Positions 20,150 to 28,721 of a DNA stretch of 35,101 nt are shown piece after piece. The stretch covers positions 1 to 35,101 of the forward strand of contig MEDY01000339.1 in assembly GCA_001724265.1 (NCBI GenBank). Reading direction: 5' to 3'. The position numbers and the translations under genes are program-made. This DNA is from Rhizaria sp. SCN 62-66. Taxonomy: Eukaryota. Positions within the stretch are counted from its first letter, which is position 1. Every line of letters begins with the position of its first letter. Under the pieces are notes generated by a model that saw only the letters and a program-made list of their open reading frames with translations, made no database searches and was not told the DNA's origin.

Positions 20150-22835
20150 ATGAGCGCCCCGTCCCACGCCGCTGCCGCTGCCCCCGCGGCCGCCCGGCAG
20201 CTGCCCGCCTTGACCACCAACTCGGCCTCGGCCTCGGACGCCATCACGACGACCTCGACGCAGGGCTACACATACGCCTCGGCCGCCACCGCCGCTGCCG
20301 CGGCCATCGCGTCCTCGCCTCTCAGCGCCGCCGCGTCGGACGACTCGCTGCCCACGGAGACATTCACGCCCTCCGCCAGCGGCTGCAGCAATACCAACGA
20401 CAACGACGACAACGCTGGTAACAGTGGCACCGCGACAGCGACGGCGGCGCCCTTCGCGGACGTGGTTGCGCGCCTGCGCAAGTCCGCCGCCAAGGCCTTC
20501 CGCGCGGGCCAGTTTGCGAACGCGGCGGTGCACTGCTCCGAGGCGATCGCGCTGGACCCCGCGAACCACACACATTACAGCAACCGCTCGGCGGCCTTCG
20601 CAGCGCTTCAGAACTACCCACGCGCGCTCAAGGACGCGCTTAAGTGCGTCGCGCTGTGCCCGGCTTTCGGCAAGGGCTACTTCCGGGCGGGCTACGCGCT
20701 CGAGTCGATGCTGCGCTACCGCGAGGCGCTCACCTACTACGACCAGGTACGTTTACCGCGACTGGTCAACACAAAAAGGCTCAGTGAGACGACTGACTTT
20801 TCTTCGATGCGACGATACCTCCTCACCGTGTTTTCATGAATCCGTCTTATCTTTGTCTTTAATCTCCTTTGTGATGCTTTCCTAGGGCCTGGCGGTTGAT
20901 CCGCAGCTGTTGGACCTGAAGGTCGCCTCGGCGGGGCTGCGCTCCGTCATCGCCGAGCTGGAGGCCTCGGCCGCCAACGGCACCACGGCTCCCGCTGACG
21001 CCTCAGCCTCGGCCAGCAGCGCTGCTGAGAGCGCGTCCGCCGCTGCCAGCGCCGGCTCCGGTGCTGACGGCGGCAGCAGTGTGGCCGCGGGCGGCGCGGG
21101 CGCGACGGGCGAGTCCAAGAGCAGCGGCACGAGTCTGGGCAGCCCGCTGGCGTCGCCTGCCGGCGCCGGCGCGGCCGCGGGGGTCCGCGCGCCGCCCGAC
21201 ACGGACAAGTTCGCGCGGCTGGTCGACTGGCTGGTCCAGGGTGGGGCCAAGTTCCCCAAGCTCTACCTCAAGTACTACACGGAAGGGTTCCGCGGCGTGC
21301 ACGCGGCGACGCACATCGCGCCCAACACCATGGTGCTTTACATCCCGCAGAACTACATCATCACCTCGGAGCTGGCCCGCGCCTCCGAGATCGGCTGCCG
21401 CATCACAGAGAGCCAGGTCGTTTTGCGGTCCAAGCACTCCTACCTGGCGGCGTACCTGTTGCAGGAGCGCGACAAAGGCGCGGCTTCCTTCTGGTCGCCC
21501 TACATCGACATCCTGCCCAAGTCCTTCGACAACGTGCCGTTGTTCTTCCGCGAGCGCGAGCTGGGCTGGCTCGAGGGCTCCTTCACGCGGTCCAAGATCG
21601 CCGACCGGCTTGAGTCGCTGCAGGCCGAATACGACGCGCTGCGCCGCGCGCTGCCCGAGTTCAACCAGTGGCGCTTCGAGGAGTTTGTGTGGGCGCGGCT
21701 GGCGGTCATCACGCGCATCTTCGGGCTCGTCATCGACGGGCTTAAGACGGACGGCATGGTGCCCTACGCGGACATGCTCAACCACCGGCTGCCGCGCGAA
21801 ACCCGATGGATGTTCGACGACTCGTGCACAGGTTTCACTATCACATCGATCCCGGCAATCCAGCGCGGCGAGCAGGTGTTCGACTCGTACGGCCGCAAGT
21901 GCAACAACCGCTTCTTCATCAACTACGGCTTCACTGTGCGCGACAACCCCGACAACGAGGCGGTGATCCGCGTCGAGATCCCCGCGCAGGACCCGCAGCT
22001 CAACTGGAAGTTGCGTGCGCTCATCGGCTCCACGGATCCGCGCCGCGAGTACCAGGTCCCCATCGGCTACTCGGACACCAAGAGCTTCGAGCTGTTCGCC
22101 TTCATGCGCCTCTCCGTGGCCACTGAGGACGAGATTCCCGCCGCGTCCCGCGCCATGGCGCGCGTAGAGATGCGCGGCGCGCCCGTGTCGCTGCGCAACG
22201 AGCGTGCTGCGCTGGCTGCGCTCGCTGCCGCCGCGCGCAACATGCTCCGCGGCTACCCGCAGACGCTGGAGGAAGACAACGCGCGTCTCGCGTCGGGCGA
22301 GCTGCGCGAGTACTCGAACGAGTGGAACGCAGTGGTCATGCGTTCCGGCGAGAAGGCCGTGCTGCAGTGGTTCGTCGACCTGGAGGCGCGCTGCGCGCCG
22401 CTGCTGTTCGTGTCGCGCGAGATCGTCAAGAAGCTCATCGCGCGCTCGCAGCAGCACCAGAAGACGATCACCGTGACTTCCGCGGTGGCCGAGGCGGCGG
22501 ACGCGGCGCTCGACGCGGCGGCCGCTGGCACCAAGGGCAGCAACGCGGTCAAGAAGATGCCGGTCGCAATGAGCGACATCAGTCCCGCCACGTCCGGCGC
22601 CGCGCCCGCGCCCGTGTCCGTGCCCATGACCGAGGGCGACGACGATCTCCCCGCCACGGAGAGCGACGCCACCACACCCGCGGCCGTGGCCGCGGAGGAC
22701 GAGCATCGCGAGGAGGGTGAGGCGACGCCCGTGGCCGAGATCCAGGAGGCCGCCGCGGCGGGCGCAGACATCACCACCCCGCTGACGCAGATGATGTGGA
22801 ACTACCTCGAGCTCGTCCTGGACGGGTCCGACTGA
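20150..22835 (+). CDS. TPR + SET-domain protein methyltransferase (SETD3/Rubisco-LSMT class), ~848 aa; exons 20150-20746, 20886-22835
   Basis: Three Sti1/Hop-like TPR motifs (AFRAGQFANAAVHCSEAIALDP, HYSNRSAAF, GKGYFRAG...YDQ/GLAVDP). SET motifs FRGVHA, SFWSPYIDILP, MVPYADMLNH and GEQVFDSYGRKCNNRFFINYGF. LSMT substrate-binding-like region (SLRNERAAL...YPQTLEED...RSGEKAVL). Stop TGA. The start codon is the least certain part. Confidence 0.88.
20747..20885 (+). other. Spliceosomal intron of TPR-SET gene (139 nt, phase 0)
   Basis: Donor CAG|GTACGT, pyrimidine tract, acceptor CCTAG|GGC. Completes the third TPR (YDQGLAVDP). Confidence 0.9.
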
Positions 22836-23661
22836 AGTGGTGTTTGTAGCGTCGCCCGCAGGGAAGCTCATGTCCCAGCACGCATTTGTTGTTGAAAACT
22901 GTGTATATGAACCTTGTGAGAAGTAAATCTGGCCAATTCAATGTTTAAAGTTGTAGATCTACATTGTGCTTGGACAATACAATGCAATATTAATGCACGA
23001 TTTGTTGGTTATAAAGGTTTTGTATGAATTGTTGAAAGTATGAAGCAGAGGTTTGCCGGTGCATAACGTTGGAGATAAACGCTAGCGTTCATGTATGGAA
23101 GAAAGAAAAGCAAAGCAGAATGAGAAACTGGGTATACGCGTTCTGCTCTTGGAATGGGAGCATCCAACACATCAGCAAAGAAGAAAAGAATCCGAGTGCA
23201 GACCATTCTGCAGTGAACTAGGACTGCGTCATGTGTGAGCATAAAAAGACTGTGTGCAAGACCTTGAGCGAAGGAGATAAAGCGAGAACTAGAACATTGG
23301 TTGTAAAGTCGCACGGCTCAATGGTACACTAAAATGTGAACGAGTGCCTCCTGATGGCTTGTGTAAGCTGAACGTGGCAATGAGACTGCGTGCAACTAAG
23401 GGAAACAAGAAAATAGAAACAGATTCAAGAGCAAGGGAAACCAAAAACAAGAAACTACGTAAAGCAATGTAAACAACTCCAGAGCAAGCCAAATAACGAC
23501 GTGAGACCATCAGCAAACTACATCAGCAACGATAAGTCATTTCAGCAGCATAAAACATGATGTGTGCAAGACTACACGTCTTCACATCAAGCATGTTATG
23601 CATTGATATCATCTGCTGCTAGTGTTGTTGCGCCCAGCGCGCCGCGCTGCGTGTCGCGCGT

Positions 23662-26266
23662 TTACCGGAGGTAGCGGAAGCTGCCGGTCATGCGCTCCGC
23701 GGGCTGCGTGCGGTCCTTGTACGTCCCGTCGTCGTACAGCACGTAGTTGGCGCGGTGGTCCGTCTTGAAGTCGCGGTCCTCGCCGTCGCGCGCGCCGCCC
23801 TCGTGGGGCTTGAACGACCGGCGCATCGCGTTCGGGTGCTGGTGGAAGTCGCGCGCGTGCGTCGACTGCGCGTCAAACGGCGCCGACTTCACCACAGTCT
23901 CCGCAGGACGCACGGCGCGAGACGGCTCCACGCGACCGTGATTCTTGTAGTCCTCGCGGGCCGTGGAGTTGCCCTCCCAGGGCAGGTCGGGGTTCACGGT
24001 CGCCTTGGGCTTGAAAGGCTGGCGAACGGAGACGGGCCGAGCGATGTAGTCGTTGTTATAGTTAGTGTTGCTGTCAAAGGGCGCGTCAGAGTGCAAGGCG
24101 GACTGAGCGGGCTTGAACGACGCTGTCTTCTGCTGGGGCCACGCCTGAAAGTCGTTCTTCGTCGTACTCGTGCCATCGAAGGGGCCGGAAGGAACATACT
24201 GATTCTCAGGACGCTTGGCGCGCTCAGCCACGTAACCCTTGTTGTCATAGTTGGCGTGCGTCTCCGTGCGGAAGTCGCGGTTCTCGGGCACAGTGTTCTG
24301 CCCATTCGCGGGGCGACAGAGGGCCGCGGGAACACCGCGCGTCGAGCCGTACTGACCCTGCTCAGTGCCGAAGTCGCGGTTCTCAGCGGTGCGATGCGCC
24401 TGCTCGTTGGGCTTGAACGACCGGCGGGTGGCACTGGGATGCTGGTGGAAGTCGCGGGCGTGGGTGCTTGTGGCGTCAAACGGGGCGCTCTTGACCACGG
24501 TCTCCGCCGGGCGCACCGCGCGCGGGGGCTCTACGCGGCCGTGGTTCTTGAAGTCCTCACGCTGAGTGGAGTTTCCCTCCCACGGCAAGTCGGGGTTGAC
24601 CGTAGCCTTGGGCTTGAAGGGCTGACGCACGGCCGACGGGTGGTTAATGTAGTCCTTGTTGTAGTTGGTACTGCCATCGAACGGCGCGTCAGAGTGCAGC
24701 GCCGACTGTGCGGGCTTGAACGAGGACGTCTTCTGCTGCGGCCAGGCCTGGAAGTCGTTCTTGGTCGTAGACGTCCCGTCAAACGGCCCACTGGGCACAT
24801 ACTGGTTTTCGGGGCGCTTGGCACGCTCCGCCACGTAGCCCTTGTTGTCGTAGTTGGCGTGCGTCTCGGTGCGGAAGTCACGGTTCTCGGGGACCGTGTT
24901 CTGTCCGTTGGCGGGACGGCACAGCGCAGCGGGCTTGCCGCGGGTGGAGCCGTACTGGCCCTGCTCGGTGCCAAAGTCGCGGTTCTCAGCGGTGCGGTGC
25001 GCCTGCTCGTTCGGCTTAAAGGAGCGGCGCGTCGCGTTGGGATGTTGGTGGAAGTCGCGGGCGTGGGTGCTCGTGGCGTCGAACGGCGCGGACTTGACCA
25101 CAGTCTCGGAGGGCCGGACCGCGCGGGGCGGCTCCACGCGGCCGTGGTTCTTAAAGTCCTCGCGTTGCGTGCTGTTGCCCTCCCAGGGCAGATCCGGGTT
25201 CACCGTGGCCTTGGGCTTGAAGGGCTGGCGGACCGAAGACGGGTGGTTGACGTAGTCCTTACTGTAGTTTGTGCTGGCGTCGAAGGGCGCGTCAGAGTGC
25301 AGCGCGGACTGAGTAGGCTTGAAGGACGCAGTCTTTTGCTGGGGCCACGCCTGGAAGTCGTTCTTCGTGGTGCTGGTCCCATCGAAGGGGCCTGAGGGAA
25401 CGTACTGGTTCTCGGGGCGCTTGGCACGCTCGGCGACATAGCCCTTGTTATCGAAATTGGCATGAGTCTCGGTGCGGAAGTCGCGGTTCTCCGGTACAGA
25501 GTTCTGGCCATGGGCAGGCCGGCACAGGGCAGCAGGCTTACCACGCGTCGAGCCGTACTGGCCTTGCTCAGTGCCGAAATCGCGGTTCTCCTCTGTGCGG
25601 TGCGCCTGCTCGTTGGGCTTGAACGACCGGCGGGTCGCGTTAGGGTGGTTGTGAAAGTCGCGCGCGTGCGTCGACTGCGCGTCAAACGGTGCAGACTTTA
25701 CAACGGTCTCCGCAGGACGCACGGCGCGGGGCGGCTCCACGCGGCCGTGGTTCTTGAAGTCCTCGCGTTGGGTCGAGTTGCCTTCCCAGGGAAGGTCGGG
25801 GTTGACAGTAGCCTTGGGCTTGAAGGGCTGGCGCACGGCAGAGGGGTGGTTGACAAAGTCCTTGTTGTAGTTCGTGCTTCCGTCGAACGGTGCGTCGGAG
25901 TGCAGCGCGGACTGGGAAGGCTTGAAAGACGCGGTCTTCTGTTGGGGCCAGGCCTGAAAGTCGTTCTTCGTGGTCGACGTTCCGTCGAACGGACCAGACT
26001 CAAGGGCCTTGTCTGTGCGAACGACGCGCTGAGCACGCTCGCCCTGCTGACCTTCATAGTCTTGGATGTAAATACTCTTGTACGCCGGCTTGTCGTACGG
26101 GAGGAACGGCTCCGGGAATTTTCTGCTCGTGCGGACAGCACCAGTGGTGAGAGGCGAGAGACGGCAAAAAACAAGGAGCGGAATGTGAGCCAACGTTGCG
26201 GTTGAATACAAAAGCCAACAAATATATTATAAATCATGCATGGGTTTCAACGTACACTGTGCTCAT
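23662..26266 (-). CDS. SAXO/FAM154 (STOP/MAP6-related) axonemal microtubule-stabilising repeat protein, ~823 aa; exons 26266-26256, 26122-23662
   Basis: About 24 motifs of the type PF[D/E]GxS/TxxxxD[F/Y] or RDFxTE spaced 32-35 aa apart, characteristic of SAXO Mn motifs. An 11-nt first coding exon (ATGAGCACAGT|GTACGT) splices to CAG|A to give MSTVKFPEPF. Stop TAA. Confidence 0.82.
23730..26000 (-). repeat. Coding tandem repeat, period 603 bp (201 aa), ~3.8 copies
   Basis: The SGPFDGTSTTKNDFQAWPQQK block recurs at equivalent positions 25986, 25383, 24780 and 24177, exactly 603 bp apart. Confidence 0.95.
26123..26255 (-). other. Spliceosomal intron of SAXO-like gene (133 nt, phase 2)
   Basis: Donor GT|GTACGT, acceptor GAGCAG|AAAA (tandem NAGNAG); AT-rich 5' half; supplies an ATG to an ORF that otherwise lacks a nearby one. 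Confidence 0.75.
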
Positions 26267-26695
26267 AGGGGCTCAGACGATTACCAGAGTGGCAGCAGGA
26301 AGGAAACGGGCAGCTGCTCTTGTCATCTTCTTGCTTGCCGTTACTCGCCGCATTTTTCGGCCCCGCGACAGACTTGCTAAAGTCGGCTGGAGCTCAAACT
26401 TTCTGAGTCAATATCTCGCCATTCTCATCATTGAATCAGCGATTGACAAAACTAAATTACTAATCATACTCTATAATAATGCGTACTATTTGGAACTCTT
26501 TTCCTTTTCTGTTCCTCCCCCTCGCAGCCTTTTTACTCGCGAGAGTCGTAGTCGTCCCAAGAAACGACCTTCCAATCATCAATCGACCGTGCACTGCCCT
26601 ATACGTGGGTCGAACCAAGCACCTGACCACCGTTTCCTACCTATTACTGTGGTTATATTGACTACAACGCCGCTCTGAGACGCGACCCTTTCACA
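26267..26695. promoter_or_regulatory. Putative bidirectional promoter/5'UTR region between SAXO-like and DRC4/GAS8 genes
   Basis: Only 429 bp separate the two divergent predicted ATGs, with an AT-rich core at ~26400-26500. No specific motif identified. Confidence 0.5.
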
Positions 26696-28174
26696 ATGTC
26701 TCTGTCCCTGACTCCCGCTGGGTAAGTTCACACTCTCTTCATCGACTCTGTTTCCAACCAACTCTTGGCTTCCTCAACGACTTGGCATCTCATCATCACT
26801 CACGACTCTTTTTTTCACTCGACACCGTGTGATTTATTTACGTTTCTCTACAGCATTGTCCCGTCGGACGACCCGGCGGTGCTCCGCCAGCAGCTACGGC
26901 AGCTGAAGCAAGAGGCGCTGACGGAGAAGCAGCTCCTCAACGACTTCCAGCAGCAGAAGGACCGCATTGAGCAGCTCTGGACGCTGGAGAAGCAGAATCG
27001 CGACGACGTCAAGATGGACCTCCGCAATAAGCTCCGTCAGAAGCAGGATCTCGAGGAGAAGCACGCGTTCGAGCTCAAGGCCTACAAGCAGAAGCTCAAG
27101 CATTTGCTGCACGAGCACCAGACGGCCGCGACAGACCTGCGCTACGACGCCGCCGTGTCGCTCCGCGCGCTCGAGGACGCGCACCGCGCCTCGGAGTCGG
27201 AGCTCAAACTTGACGCCAAGGCCGTCAAGGCTGTTCGCCGCGAGATGGAGGTGCAGCACCTGCATCTGATCCGCACGATCAAGCTCGAGCAGGAGGCACG
27301 CGTCATGGCGCTGCGGCAGGAGTACGAGCTGCGCGCGCAAGAGCTTAAGGCACACTTTGAGCAGGCGCTGCAGACGGCGCTGACGGAGCTGGACAACGAC
27401 CGGCGCGAGCAGGTGCAGAGGCTCGAGGCGCGCAAAACGGCCTTCACGGCGCGGCTCATGGGCGAACACCGGCGCGCCATGGAGCGCCTTAAGGCCTACT
27501 TCCGCGACATCAAGCTGGCAAACCTGGGCGTGATCAAGGGGCTCAAGGCGGACGTAGAGAAGCTCAAGGACGACGACGCGCACCTCACGCGCGAAGTGCG
27601 CGCCATCTCGCAGGTCAACCAGCGGCTCGCGCGCCCGCTCGAGGCCGCGCTCGCGCAGGCCGCGGAGCTGGAGCGGCTCGTCGTCGTGCACCAGCGCGAG
27701 CGCGCCGAGCTGGCCGAGGCCCAGGACGCGCTGGGGGCGCTGCAGGAGCGCGAGAAGAACCTGGTGTGGGAGGGCGAGGTGGTGCGGCAGAAGTTGGACC
27801 GCGCGACGGCCGAGCGCGGCGAGCTGCAGCGCAAGCTCGACGAGTCGGTGCAGGACACGCGCCAAAAGGCCGCCTTCCGCGGGCTCGTGCTCACGCGCAA
27901 GGTGGCCGCGACGGCGCAGGACCTGGAGAAGACCGAGGCGGCGCTGTCCGAAGTGCTGGCGTCGACGAATCTGTCGCCCGAAGCCGCGGGCGAGCTCCGC
28001 CACAGTCTCGAGGAAGTGTTGGTCACGAAGAACCGCGCGGTGCAGCGGCTTGAGGACGAGTTGGTCGCGCTCAAGCAGCGGTACGCCGCGACCGTGCAGC
28101 TGTACGAAGCCAAGCTGCGCGAGTACGCCATCCCCGTTGAGGCGCTGGGGTTCAATGCCGTGCGCCGCGTGTGA
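26696..28174 (+). CDS. DRC4: Dynein regulatory complex subunit 4 (GAS8/trypanin/PF2 family), 448 aa; exons 26696-26721, 26854-28174
   Basis: Coiled coil with family motifs DFQQQKDRIEQLW, LRNK...EEKHAFELKAYKQKLKHLLHEHQ, HRRAMERLKAYFRDIKLANLGVIKGLK, NQRLARPL and the C-terminal YEAKLREYAIPVEALGF. Stop TGA. Confidence 0.92.
26722..26853 (+). other. Spliceosomal intron of DRC4 gene (132 nt, phase 2)
   Basis: Donor TGG|GTAAGT, acceptor CTACAG|C; joins ATG 26696 in frame to the main ORF. Confidence 0.85.
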
Positions 28175-28721
28175 GCTCTTGAGTGTGCAAATGTACAAGT
28201 CGTGGCAAGTGGCTACGAACGAGTTCGTGTAGCAGTGTGATTGATTCGGTAAAGCGTTGCTTCCAGAAAGCGAGTGCGAGATATCTCGTGTGTACCACTC
28301 TTTAATACGAAACTTATTGACTGACTGCAGCTCTTCGCAGTGAATGACATGAATTATGTTAACTTAGTAAGCTTAACATTAATTACGAATACAAAGCAGG
28401 CCAACTCACTAAGAGATTGTCAGCGTGTATCCCTTCAATGATGACAATTTCCCCCTATGAAATTCTGAGCTCCAAGTAATAATAGTTGAATCTGGAAACT
28501 ACAATAATCCGTACACTAACTCAAAAACATGTTGGATTTGTATTTTAAAAAAAAGGAACGTTACGGTGGATCCACGTAGATGTTTGCTCTGACACAAACT
28601 TAACTTGAGGGTAGAGTGTCTCCTTTGAATGGCCGGGAGATCTGCACTGCGCTGTCACCGATGTTGCTGGATAGAAAGAAACTAGAGGAATAATTAGATA
28701 AAGTACGAGGCAAATGGTTAA

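Noticed and set aside
23009-23516. Two short hydrophobic - strand ORFs as a small membrane protein gene, including possible TAG readthrough at 23289
   Set aside because: AT-rich and lacking the exon codon bias. Reading through the TAG hits TGA about 20 codons later, so it gives no support for a gene or for recoding.
23730-26000. Regularly spaced repeats as a CRISPR-like array or mobile element
   Set aside because: The repeats are in-frame coding units with silent-site divergence and no repeat-spacer structure. The context is eukaryotic and there are no cas or transposase genes.
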